64,000 nucleotides of DNA from Patescibacteria group bacterium (GCA_024277435.1 JAJRVJ010000009.1:1226-65225), one strand, 5' to 3'. Shown: positions 42,267-52,321, numbered from the stretch's first letter. The notes: a model not told the origin generated them from the letters alone. Program-made: numbers and translations.

Positions 42267-43397
42267 ATGCAATATTTAGCTATCCTTGGCAACGTACCAG
42301 AACTATCAGCCCTCGAGCTCAATCGCATGGGCATTACCGCTGAATGGCGAGGAGGTAGCGTAGCGGAATTATCCAACAAAATCGATATTAATCAGCTTGG
42401 TGGCACTGTTAAAATTGCTGAATATATAACTACTATTAAGCGCGATCTTGAAGGCTTAAAAGAACTATACGCACTCTTAGAGCAAGCCAGTGGGGATGGA
42501 AAAAAATTATGCTTTGGATTTAGCGTATATGCAGCCGATGCTGCAGTTACAGAAAAAGTGGAGAAACACTATAATAAAAAATTACGTGCTATTGGCATCG
42601 ATTGGAAAAAAAAGTTGAAAGAAGTGCATAATGGAGCAGTTCGTTATGTTGAAAGCAAAGAACCTGCTCTCTCTTCGGTAATTGTACAAAAAGAAAAATT
42701 ACTCAACCATAATACAGATTTCATCATTGCAATTCGTAAAAAAGAAATCATCCTGGGCCGCACTATAGAAGTACAAGATTATAAAGGTTTTTCTAAAAGA
42801 GACTTTGGTCGACCAGCGCGTGATCACCAATCTGGTATGTTACCACCAAAAGTAGCCCGTATGATGATGAATATCGCCCAACCAACCGGCGCAGGTTCAT
42901 TCGTTGATGCCTTTTGTGGATCGGGCACCGTGTTACAAGAAGCAACATTGCAAGGCCATAAAAATATCATTGGTGTTGATATCTCGAAGAAAGCCATTAC
43001 TGATACTAAAGAGAATTTCGAATGGATGAAACTGCCAGTACCAGAGCTCCATGTGGCTGATAGTCAAAAAATAAATGGGTTACTACCAAAGAATTCTGTG
43101 GAGTGTGTGGTAGGAGAAGGCTATCTTGGACCAACACGTCCTAAAAAAACCGAAAAGGTGCGTAGACAACTTATTAAACTCTACGATAATACAATTACCG
43201 CATTTAATGATATTTTAATTCCGGGCGGAAGAATTGTGTTAGCTGTTCCAGCATGGAAACGTTACGACGATATACTTACATTACCAATCAATGAAACCTT
43301 ACAGCGCTTGGGGATGAAGGAATTTCACGAACCGATTTTCTATGGCCGCGAACACGCACACGTATTGCGACACATTCACTTCTTAGAAAAGAAATAA
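42267..43397 (+). CDS. Putative RNA methyltransferase (N2-G/N6-A class, THUMP-like N-terminal domain)
   Basis: MTase motif I FVDAFCGSGTVLQEA. The internal Met at 42267 avoids the overlap with the Wzx-like gene; the ORF track starts it at 42174. Confidence 0.55.
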   Translation: MQYLAILGNVPELSALELNRMGITAEWRGGSVAELSNKIDINQLGGTVKIAEYITTIKRDLEGLKELYALLEQASGDGKKLCFGFSVYAADAAVTEKVEKHYNKKLRAIGIDWKKKLKEVHNGAVRYVESKEPALSSVIVQKEKLLNHNTDFIIAIRKKEIILGRTIEVQDYKGFSKRDFGRPARDHQSGMLPPKVARMMMNIAQPTGAGSFVDAFCGSGTVLQEATLQGHKNIIGVDISKKAITDTKENFEWMKLPVPELHVADSQKINGLLPKNSVECVVGEGYLGPTRPKKTEKVRRQLIKLYDNTITAFNDILIPGGRIVLAVPAWKRYDDILTLPINETLQRLGMKEFHEPIFYGREHAHVLRHIHFLEKK

Positions 43398-43475
43398 CTC
43401 CAACTCAGATTAATTCAATATTTTGATGTACTGTGAGGAACAGAACTTCTGACGAAACAGTACGCAAAATTTGGA

Positions 43476-44531
43476 TTAAGCTGCGTTGTGGAATACCATT
43501 ACGTCCCCTTCTTGTACTACATATTCCTTACCTTCCATGCGGATTTGCCCAGCATCTTTTGCAGCAGACCAACTACCTGCTTCAAGTAATACATCCCATT
43601 GAATAACTTCAGCCCGAATAAATTTTTCTTCAAAATCAGAATGAATAACTCCAGCAGCTTCTGGAGCCATCGCACCTTTACGCACAGTCCAAGCCCGTGT
43701 TTCTTTTTCACCGGTAGTAAAGTAAGACATTAATTCTAGCAATTCATAGCCAGCAGCAATAAGTTTATCCAAGCCAGTTTCTTTCATTTCTAATGCATCC
43801 ATCATTTCTTTTGCGTCCTCATCTGATAATTCTGTAAGTTCAGCCTCAATTTTTGCAGATACAACAATTGCTCCTTCAAGTGGAGATTCATTCACACCCT
43901 CATCTACATTCACAACATATAAAAATGGCTTACTCGTTAACAAATTGAGTTGCTTAATAAAATGTGCTTCTTTTTCTGGATCTAACTCAACACTGTTGAC
44001 TAACTTACCTTCTTGAAGAGCTGGTAATACTTTATCAATTACGGCTAATTCTGCTATTGCGTCTTTATCTTGGCCACGTGCTTTATTTTCTACTTTAATA
44101 CGATGCTTTTCTAGTAATTCAACATCAGCCATAACTAACTCTGTATTAATTACATCAATGTCGGAAGTAGGATTTACCTCACCATGCACATGAACTACAT
44201 TTTCATCTGTAAAGTAACGAACTACTTGAATGATTGCATCCACTTCACGAATGTTTGATAAAAATTTATTTCCAAGCCCCTCCCCTTTATGCGCTCCAGC
44301 CACTAATCCAGCAATATCTACAAACTCAATAGCAGCCGGAATAATTTTTTTTGTGCCCGACATTTTCGATAACTTATCTAAGCGCTCATCAGGCACAGCA
44401 ACAACGCCCACGTTAGGGTCTATCGTGCAGAATGGATAATTACTCGCCTCTACTTGTACCTTTGTTAGAGCGCGAAATAAGGTTGATTTTCCTACGTTGG
44501 GCAAGCCAACAATACCAATTTGTAATGCCAT
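43476..44531 (-). CDS. ychF: Ribosome-binding ATPase YchF
   Basis: [23 protein letters not shown]... and a TGS-domain C-terminus ...[18 protein letters not shown]. Confidence 0.9.
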   Translation of the reverse strand: MALQIGIVGLPNVGKSTLFRALTKVQVEASNYPFCTIDPNVGVVAVPDERLDKLSKMSGTKKIIPAAIEFVDIAGLVAGAHKGEGLGNKFLSNIREVDAIIQVVRYFTDENVVHVHGEVNPTSDIDVINTELVMADVELLEKHRIKVENKARGQDKDAIAELAVIDKVLPALQEGKLVNSVELDPEKEAHFIKQLNLLTSKPFLYVVNVDEGVNESPLEGAIVVSAKIEAELTELSDEDAKEMMDALEMKETGLDKLIAAGYELLELMSYFTTGEKETRAWTVRKGAMAPEAAGVIHSDFEEKFIRAEVIQWDVLLEAGSWSAAKDAGQIRMEGKEYVVQEGDVMVFHNAA

Positions 44532-44597
44532 AGGGGTCTATAATAACACAAAAGAGGGCTTTGCATACCCTCTATGTGCGTAAACTACTAGTAAATC

Positions 44598-45845
44598 CTA
44601 TTCGAACTCTGGATAGAGTGGGAATTTATTTGTTAGCTCAACTACTTCTTTAGCAATCTCTTGCTTAATTGCTTCATTTTCATGGTTCTTCAATGCCTTA
44701 AGAATCATTGCAGCAATTTGCTTCATTTCAGGCTCCTTCATACCACGCGTGGTTACCGGAGGCGTACCTAAACGAATACCAGATGGATCCATTGGCTTGC
44801 GTGGATCATCAGGAATTGTATTCATATTTAATGTAATACGCACTTCATCAAGAACCGTTTGTGCAATTTTACCGGTAATACCAAGTGGGGTAACATCAGC
44901 CAGGATAAGATGATTTTCGGTAATTTCACCAAACATCACTTTTAAGCCGCCAGCTTTTAGTTCATCACACAATACCTTAGCGTTCACTTTTACTTGCTTA
45001 GCGTACTCTTTGAATTCAGGCTTCATGGCTTCACCAAGTGCAACGGCCAGCGCAGCAATTTGATGATCATGTGGACCACCTTGTAAGCCTGGAAAAACCG
45101 CTTTATCAATAGCCTTCGCATGTTCTTTCTTACACATAATCATTCCACCGCGCGGACCACGTAATGTTTTATGCGTAGTAGTAGAAACCACGTCAAAAAT
45201 TGGTACTGGATTATTCAATTCACCTGCAGCTATTAATCCAGCAATATGTGCAATATCTGCCATGGTTAAAGCACCAACTTCATCAGCAATTTCTTTAAAC
45301 TTGGTGTAATCCAAATCACGAGAGTAGGCAGAAAATCCAGCCACAATAAGTTTTGGCTTATGCTCTAATGCCATAGCTCGTAAATTATCAAAATCAATCA
45401 AACCATCTTCACCAGTTTTATAACGAACAAAGTTGAAAATCTTCGCCATAAATGTAACTGGATGACCATGGGTAAGATGTCCGCCATGTGATAAATCCAT
45501 ACCAAGCACAGTGTCACCTGGCTCTAGCAATGCTGCATATACAGCAAGGTTAGCTGGCGCACCAGATAATGGCTGTACATTTACATGCTCCGCGTTAAAT
45601 AATTCTTTTGCCCGTTCAATGGCCATAGTTTCAATTTGATCCACCCATTCCTGACCACCATAATACCGTTTTCCAGAATATCCTTCAGAATACTTATTCG
45701 TCATGATGCTTCCTAGAGCCTCCAATACAGGTACAGAGACGAAATTCTCCGATGGAATAAGCTCAATATTGTTACGTTGACGTTGGAGCTCGCCCTTGAT
45801 AAACTGGGCAATCTCTGGATCTTGTTTAGTGAGATATTCGAGCAT
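44598..45845 (-). CDS. glyA: Serine hydroxymethyltransferase
   Basis: 415 aa, PLP-Lys region TTTHKTLRGPRGG. Confidence 0.93.
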   Translation of the reverse strand: MLEYLTKQDPEIAQFIKGELQRQRNNIELIPSENFVSVPVLEALGSIMTNKYSEGYSGKRYYGGQEWVDQIETMAIERAKELFNAEHVNVQPLSGAPANLAVYAALLEPGDTVLGMDLSHGGHLTHGHPVTFMAKIFNFVRYKTGEDGLIDFDNLRAMALEHKPKLIVAGFSAYSRDLDYTKFKEIADEVGALTMADIAHIAGLIAAGELNNPVPIFDVVSTTTHKTLRGPRGGMIMCKKEHAKAIDKAVFPGLQGGPHDHQIAALAVALGEAMKPEFKEYAKQVKVNAKVLCDELKAGGLKVMFGEITENHLILADVTPLGITGKIAQTVLDEVRITLNMNTIPDDPRKPMDPSGIRLGTPPVTTRGMKEPEMKQIAAMILKALKNHENEAIKQEIAKEVVELTNKFPLYPEFE

Positions 45846-45965
45846 TGACTTAAGATTTAAGTATTAATTAAGGTTGAATTGTAGCACATATTATCAATAA
45901 TGTCATGAAACAATTTTGTGTTCTTCCAACCCATACATAGTATCTTATAGTAATAGTCAGAATAT

Positions 45966-46304
45966 ATGAAAAAAATGTACTTTTCTTTTGGATAGCAAAA
46001 AGCGCAGGCACAAGCATTCATTCAGTATTAGAGAAATATGATTATCCCTTATTAAAGTTACCGAAGGATTATAAACAATTTACTAATAGCGGATTTATTA
46101 CATCGCTTTTCCCTTCGCTACAACAAAAAACTTACCTTTCTTCCACTGCCAAAATTGGGTAATTTCAATGCGATTGACCTAAGTCAAGCTAACCCACAAG
46201 TTGATTGGCTCACCAACGATAATGGAAATTTACTCGTTGACTTTGTTGGCAAAATGGAAACATTATCCGCTAATGCAAATACTGCATTTGATTACACATT
46301 TTAG
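45966..46304 (+). pseudogene. Relic of a sulfotransferase-family gene (N- and C-terminal fragments, frameshifted, middle deleted)
   Basis: MKKMYFSF/WIAKSAGTSIHSVLEKY matches the fIHIPKTGGTS motif. ...NGNLLVDFVGKMETLSANANTAFDYTF matches the C-terminal vDFvGr.E.L motif. Stops and shifts lie between them. Confidence 0.45.
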
Positions 46305-46384
46305 GAAATTTAGGTGTGAATACCGGGCTTACTTGAATCAGAGAAACCAACACACTCCCCGATGCAATCACATCTCTACGTTAA

Positions 46385-46885
46385 CTATCGACGCGGTACT
46401 CGATCTATCGATCGCCCAACTTCGACTAATCGTATTTGATAAGCTGCTAATATTTCTGTTCTTAGTTTAGAAAATATTTGATTCACACGTTCCGCCTCTT
46501 GATTTAAAGTAACTTGCCCAGATTCTGGAATAACTCCATCGTGCTTTATTTTCATTTCTGTATATAATGCATGTAGATATGCAGCCAATAATTCCGCTAC
46601 CGACCCAATTTCTTCTTGATCCCGTACTATGGTAAAAACCTCATCCCACATCGAATCATCATTTACTTTCTCAATAAGATTCTCTTCAATATAATCATCA
46701 ACTGCCATTTGATCTCCCCCATCATAAAAAAGATATGGCGAAACGTAATTATAAAAATATTCCTCCAGTTTTTCTCTTGCTAAGACAATTAATGCTCTTC
46801 GTAATAATTGAGCTTCCTCATGTAAAAAATTATCACCATCATCTACTGGTAATGTTTGTTCTAATTCCTGAAGAAATTGAGACAT
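46385..46885 (-). CDS. Acidic hypothetical protein translationally coupled to Elp3
   Basis: 166 aa and rich in D/E. Its start is 1 nt after the Elp3 stop. Confidence 0.5.
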   Translation of the reverse strand: MSQFLQELEQTLPVDDGDNFLHEEAQLLRRALIVLAREKLEEYFYNYVSPYLFYDGGDQMAVDDYIEENLIEKVNDDSMWDEVFTIVRDQEEIGSVAELLAAYLHALYTEMKIKHDGVIPESGQVTLNQEAERVNQIFSKLRTEILAAYQIRLVEVGRSIDRVPRR

Positions 46886-46886
46886 A

Positions 46887-48497
46887 CTAGAGTGATTTTA
46901 CCATATACTCTTCGGCTAATTCATAGCCAAGCTTCTCGTAATATTTTCGTACACCAACACCGGCAATTACTGCCGATTTTTTGAATCCTTTTTCTTTTGC
47001 CACCATCTCGGCTTCAGCCATAAGTTTTCTACCCAACCCACGATGCTGCGCTGCCTTACTTACTTTATCTGATACTGGAATTAATTGGCCATATACATGG
47101 AGTTCTCGAATAATCGCCGCATCCTGAAGCTCTTCATACCAGTGATGATCTATAGATTGTAACCGTAAACGCACAAAACCAAATAGCTTTGTTCTATCTG
47201 CATTTTCATACGAAATAAAATATTCTGTTCCATCAGATGCTTCATACTCATCAATATATAATTGCGCTTCTTCAATACCAGAAATATCATCGCGTGGCTC
47301 ACGACAACGGATACAATCACACTGTGCGCCCTTATCTTGCATCATCTGGCGTAAATTAGTTACTGTATTTCCGCCCTCAATAGAATTTTCAGGAATATCA
47401 CGGACTAATCTTTCAATTCGACAATAATAAGGAACCTCATTTTTAATATCAATTAATAAATCTGTCAACGTTTGCTCTGAATATGATTTATAACGCCCTG
47501 CTTTCCAATGGCGATACAGTGGTGCAGATTTTACTACTACACAAGGATAAATTTTAATGTGATCGGGCTGATACGCTGGATCTGAAAAAATAGTTTTAAT
47601 ATCATGCAAATCAGTTTCAGGTATTGCCCCCGGTAAGTTTTGCATCATGTGATAGGTAATTTTAATCCCGGCTTCTTTCAATAACTTAGTTGCCTGTTGC
47701 ACACCCTCATTTGTTTGATCACGCAGCGTTAAAGCTAATACATGCTTATTTAATGTTTGCACACCAATTTGCATACGGGTAGCACCAAACCAGCGCAACC
47801 GCTTTACTTCTGCCTCATCAATATGATCTGGTCGAGTTTCTAACGTACAACCAATCACTCTATATTTTGCTATTTCATTTAAACGCTTGGCCTCTTCAAG
47901 TGTTTCTGCACCATCCGGCCGCTCATCTAAATTAAAGCCATCGTAACAACGCTTCATGAACCATTCTTGATAATCATTTGGATACGCTGTCCAAGTTCCT
48001 CCCAATACAATTAATTCACACTTTTCTGGAATGTGTCCATTACGCTCCAATGCCTCAATGCGTTTTGTTACTTGTTCATACGGATCAAACTTTAAACGCA
48101 ACGCTCGCATTGCGCCCGGCTCGGTATCAATATAACTCTTCGGCATATTCGATTCGGTTGGACAGTACGTACAACGACCTGGACACTGATACGGTTTCGT
48201 AAGAACTGTAATAGGTGCAATACCAGATAGTGTACGCACACTCCGCACCTGAAGTATTCTCATAAACGCAAAATCCTCTTCCATGTCACCTTGCTCAATC
48301 ATAGTGCGATACTCTTTAAGGATATCTGCGTTCGTAGGCATTTGAATTTTATACTCCTTACATATCTCCGCTTTTACTCGGCGCAATTCCAAAGCATCGC
48401 CAACGCTGCGGTTGATGGATTTCGTAATAATTTCACGCACTGCCTCTACTGGTGACGTTACTTTATTATCTAATTTTGTTACAGGCCCTGTATTCAT
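46887..48497 (-). CDS. elp3: Elp3-like radical-SAM + GNAT protein (tRNA wobble-uridine carboxymethyl/acetyl-transferase homolog)
   Basis: Radical-SAM CPGRCTYC (CxxxCxxC), a TIM-barrel region, and a C-terminal GNAT with HRGLGRKLMAEAE. The length of 536 aa matches Elp3. Confidence 0.85.
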   Translation of the reverse strand: MNTGPVTKLDNKVTSPVEAVREIITKSINRSVGDALELRRVKAEICKEYKIQMPTNADILKEYRTMIEQGDMEEDFAFMRILQVRSVRTLSGIAPITVLTKPYQCPGRCTYCPTESNMPKSYIDTEPGAMRALRLKFDPYEQVTKRIEALERNGHIPEKCELIVLGGTWTAYPNDYQEWFMKRCYDGFNLDERPDGAETLEEAKRLNEIAKYRVIGCTLETRPDHIDEAEVKRLRWFGATRMQIGVQTLNKHVLALTLRDQTNEGVQQATKLLKEAGIKITYHMMQNLPGAIPETDLHDIKTIFSDPAYQPDHIKIYPCVVVKSAPLYRHWKAGRYKSYSEQTLTDLLIDIKNEVPYYCRIERLVRDIPENSIEGGNTVTNLRQMMQDKGAQCDCIRCREPRDDISGIEEAQLYIDEYEASDGTEYFISYENADRTKLFGFVRLRLQSIDHHWYEELQDAAIIRELHVYGQLIPVSDKVSKAAQHRGLGRKLMAEAEMVAKEKGFKKSAVIAGVGVRKYYEKLGYELAEEYMVKSL

Positions 48498-48556
48498 AAG
48501 CTACGGAAGGATACTGTAAATACACGAATAAATCAAGATACCCTTATACTACGGCT

Positions 48557-49064
48557 CTATGTAAGCTGCATTAACTGAATAGCATCTCCTATACGAGGAT
48601 TATAATATAGATAGTAATGAAAATCCGCCAATATAAATTCACTAGCACTCATCTGGCCAACAAATTCATAACCCTCCATTGGCGAAGTGAATCCATGCTG
48701 CACAGGCAACGGATACAGTCCAAAAAATACTCCTCTCCCCCTACCTTTAGATCCTGCATTGCAGTATATACTAAACTCTGCCAATTATTGTATTCAGCAT
48801 TATTCGTATCAATTACAGGTTGCGGTGGAACAGCAGCTGGCCAATCATAATCCGTAAATGCACATACCCCTTTGGCAACTTATCCGCGTATCCTGCAATT
48901 AGCTCCTCAAATGGAGCAATCTCTTTTACTGAAAAAGCAATGTCAGCAACCTTACCGTTTGTGTAAGAAATTTCTACCTCCTCAAGATCTGGCGCCTCCC
49001 AATATAATAACGGTAGCCGACCGCTCCACGCTGGACTTACTAATTGCAAATCAATCCAACACAA
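48557..49064 (-). pseudogene. Degenerate coding remnant (two out-of-frame minus-strand ORFs, possibly a GyrI-like/unknown small-protein gene)
   Basis: ORFs 49064-48813 and 48784-48557 are separated by a stop and shift. The protein-like composition is on the minus strand only. Confidence 0.25.
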
Positions 49065-49252
49065 TGGCGCAATCTTATCTTATAAGTGCTCAAATCCCTA
49101 TTGAAACACATCATTCCATTCAGGAAATAAGGTTGAGTGTTCGGCTCGTCTTTAAATGAATATGTAGTAAACATTTTCATAATGGTTGTACATGTTCTCT
49201 AACATTATCTATACTACCACATATACGGCCCACTAAAAGATGGCTAAGAATT

Positions 49253-50002
49253 ATGAATAAAGAATTTGCCGACAATCTCATCAAACAAATGGAGCAAGAT
49301 TACGATGCGATTGCTGATCATTTCTCGCAAACTCGCCAGGCGCCCTGGCCTGAATTTGATATTATTGAAAAGCTCGTTAATCCAGTAGCTTCAATTCATG
49401 AATTGAAGCTACTGGATATTGGCTGTGGCTCGGGTAGATTATCAGAAATTCAAAAGAACATTGCCGGATGCACATACACTGGCATTGATCTTTCTAATGA
49501 ACTTTTAGAATTAGGACGCAAACAATATCCCGATGTAAATTTTATACATGGCTCAATGCTAGAACTACCATTTAAAGATAACTCCTTTGATTTCATTACA
49601 GCTATAGCAAGCCTGCAACACATCCCTTCTCGGCAGTATCAAATTCAAGCCTTGCAAGAAATGGCTCGCGTTGCAAAAACTAGTGCCACATTATTTATGA
49701 CCAACTGGAATCTCTATCAAGATGTAATGCCAGATTACTTCACTTCAGCTAAAAAAGCTTTTGGAGATGAGTGGGAAGAAGGTGACACCCTCGTGCCATG
49801 GAAAGATAAGTATGGAAAAATTCAGGCCACTCGGTACTATCACAGCTTTAAGGAAAAAGAGATGGCTGAACTACTCGAAACTAGTGGCTGGAACATTCAA
49901 GAGCAATACTATATGGCACGCAGTAAACGCACCAACAGTGCAAAAGGATTCAATCTTGTAACTATCGCAAAAAACCATAAAAACAAGATAGATAGTACGT
50001 AG
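49253..50002 (+). CDS. Class I SAM-dependent methyltransferase (type 11)
   Basis: LLDIGCGSGRLS and DNSFDFITAIASLQHIP. Confidence 0.75.
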   Translation: MNKEFADNLIKQMEQDYDAIADHFSQTRQAPWPEFDIIEKLVNPVASIHELKLLDIGCGSGRLSEIQKNIAGCTYTGIDLSNELLELGRKQYPDVNFIHGSMLELPFKDNSFDFITAIASLQHIPSRQYQIQALQEMARVAKTSATLFMTNWNLYQDVMPDYFTSAKKAFGDEWEEGDTLVPWKDKYGKIQATRYYHSFKEKEMAELLETSGWNIQEQYYMARSKRTNSAKGFNLVTIAKNHKNKIDST

Positions 50003-50062
50003 AAATACTATAGATGCTACTATGACGGCGTTATTACACGATCAATAATTACCCATTCACAT

Positions 50063-50815
50063 ATGCATGAAAATCTATTACTCAAAGCTGGCTTAACTGA
50101 TAACCAAGTACGTATTTACGATCTCTTACTCCGTAAAGGGCCAGCCACCGCCGCTGAGCTAACCGAAGTCACTAAGATGCAACGCGGAAGCGTATATTAT
50201 GTTCTTGATAGTTTAATAGCAGAAGAACTCATTGAAAAAACCAAGCGAGGTGCAAAAACACTCTTTCAAGCGGCACATCCAACTGTATTAATGGAGTATA
50301 TTAATCGCAAAAAAAAATACAATTGAGCAAGTTGAAAACTCATTAAGTACAGCCATGCCAAGCATGATAGAAAACTATAAATTATCTAACAAGCTACCAG
50401 GTGTATATGCTTTAGAGGGTAAGAAGGTATTCAGCGAGCATTCAACGAATTACTAAAAGATAACTTACCAATTTTAGCTATTGAGGATACAGGTATTTTA
50501 TACGATTTAATGCCAGCATATGAAGAAGAATTCATGAGGCAAACAGTTGCCATGAAACATAAAAATCGCTCCGTCATTCCCTCAAGTAATCAACGCGTAT
50601 TCAAAGATGAAGAAAAAGCATGGGAGTATCGAAGTATCGATGTTGAAAAATTTCCATTTAAAATGGATATCACCATAACAGATAAACGTGTAATTATTAG
50701 TTCGGTTCAAGAAAAAACTGCCATTGGTGTAGTAATTATTCATGATGAAATTATCAGAAACTTCAAAATATTATTTGAAGTATTATGGTCTATTGGAAAA
50801 CCAGACGCAGTATAA
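50063..50815 (+). pseudogene. TrmB-family regulator paralog, disrupted by two frameshifts (first at an A9 homopolymer, 50315-50323)
   Basis: HTH ORF 50063-50326. Shifting frames gives ...IEQVENSLSTAMPSMIENYKLSNKLPGVYALEGKKVFSEH... and then IQRAFNELLKDNLPILAIEDTG..., both aligning with the 11519 TrmB protein. Confidence 0.6.
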
Positions 50816-50869
50816 TATACAGCTAGTTACTAGGGGTAACTACAAATAACTATTCGACATACATATATA

Positions 50870-50898
50870 TTGTCAAAATAGGGTTATTTAGGTATACT
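50870..50898 (+). promoter_or_regulatory. Putative sigma70-like promoter TTGTCA-17-TATACT for the 50912 gene
   Basis: The hexamers are 17 nt apart and lie 14 nt upstream of the ATG. Confidence 0.4.
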
Positions 50899-50911
50899 TA
50901 TCTGCATAATC

Positions 50912-52309
50912 ATGAAACAAAAGGTCGCTCAAACTTTACCCCTAATGCTAACGTTTAGTGCAGTACTCACTCTCGGTGTACTGTTTTTTTCGTTTACAGC
51001 AGTAGATGCCGCCTTAGAAATTAATGATGAAACTACGCCGCCAGAAACAACCACAGAAACTAAAGAAAAAACAAAACGTACCAATGCTGAAATTAATAAA
51101 AAGGATACCGATTCGATAAAAAAAGATTCGCCTAAAATAGAATCTACAAAAAATGTCGTTCAATCAGATACGGATGAACAATCAAGTACCCTAAAAGTAT
51201 ATGAAGATACCTACACTGTTGCTGGGGAAACAATAGAACTGAATGGGTATTTTAAAAATGATGTTATCGTTGCCGGGAATAACGTTACGATTTCTGGAGT
51301 TGTAGAAGGTGATGTAATTTCAGCTGCTGCTAATATTACAATCGATGCCGTTATAAGTGGCGACGCACGACTAGCTGGTGGAAATATTACCATCCAAAAT
51401 GTGATAGAACGCAATGCAACGGTATTCGGCGGAAGAGTTATTATAGAAGACAGTGCCAATATCCAGCGTGATCTTTTTGTACAGGCCGGAGACCTCCTCA
51501 TTGAGGGGGGTATTGATGGTGAGATTTCTGGAAGTGCTGGCAATACAATAATTGATGCGCCAGTTAACGGTGATGTGTATTTCAAAAGTGTCGGAAATTT
51601 ACGCTTACGCTCTAACGCAAAAATTAATGGCGATCTATATTATTCCTCCGCACAGCAAGTTGTAGCTGATGATATAGCTATTATTAATGGTGAAACAGTC
51701 TACTCACCGCCACTAGTTGAACCAAGAGAACAAACATCAAAATTCACACTATGGTTTTGGGTTCGTAAAGTAACCGGACTATTTGGATTGTGGTTATTGG
51801 GTATTGTTGTATTGAATGTACTTAAACGAAAATCTGTTGCTGTAGTAAAACATATGCTTGCTTATGTAGGACAAAGTATGGGGTGGGGCGTAATATACGT
51901 ATTCACTGTCCCGGCCGTACTTACAGTGCTATTAATTACTCTTGTAGGAATACCTTTAAGTATCTTTGGATTACTATTATTTGGAGCATCGCTGTACTTA
52001 GCAAAAATTTATATTGGCACAGCCATTGGTAAGCTTATATTCTCAAAACAACAATCAATGATTTGGCCAATGCTCGCCGGTGTAACTATTTACTACATCC
52101 TCATTGAAGGCCTAGGATTGCTGCCATTCCCATGGCTTATTGCTGGATCACTTGTAAATGCAATTGGTATTATCTGGGCTGCCGGTGGAATCGTGTTGTA
52201 CTTACGAGATCGTATGCGCGAACACAATGCTAAACCATCCATCAAACACCGTAAGAACAAAACAACCAAGTCCGTTAAAAACAAAAAGACAAAGCCAGTT
52301 AATCTGTAA
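50912..52309 (+). CDS. Secreted/membrane protein with bactofilin-like (polymer-forming, DUF583-type) β-helical repeat domain followed by ~6 TM helices and Lys-rich tail
   Basis: Signal peptide, T/E/K-rich spacer, and repeats such as VAGNNVTISGVVEGDVISAAANITIDAVISGDARLAGGNITIQNVIERNATVFGG. The C-terminal half is hydrophobic and the tail reads KHRKNKTTKSVKNKKTK. Confidence 0.6.
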   Translation: MKQKVAQTLPLMLTFSAVLTLGVLFFSFTAVDAALEINDETTPPETTTETKEKTKRTNAEINKKDTDSIKKDSPKIESTKNVVQSDTDEQSSTLKVYEDTYTVAGETIELNGYFKNDVIVAGNNVTISGVVEGDVISAAANITIDAVISGDARLAGGNITIQNVIERNATVFGGRVIIEDSANIQRDLFVQAGDLLIEGGIDGEISGSAGNTIIDAPVNGDVYFKSVGNLRLRSNAKINGDLYYSSAQQVVADDIAIINGETVYSPPLVEPREQTSKFTLWFWVRKVTGLFGLWLLGIVVLNVLKRKSVAVVKHMLAYVGQSMGWGVIYVFTVPAVLTVLLITLVGIPLSIFGLLLFGASLYLAKIYIGTAIGKLIFSKQQSMIWPMLAGVTIYYILIEGLGLLPFPWLIAGSLVNAIGIIWAAGGIVLYLRDRMREHNAKPSIKHRKNKTTKSVKNKKTKPVNL

Positions 52310-52321
52310 TTATTTTAAATC

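Noticed and set aside
48617-49159. Plus-strand ORFs 48617-48850 and 48872-49159 as genes
   Set aside because: They have odd composition (Cys/Gln/Ser-rich, no domain signature) and are mirror images of the more protein-like minus-strand remnant. They are not reported as coding.
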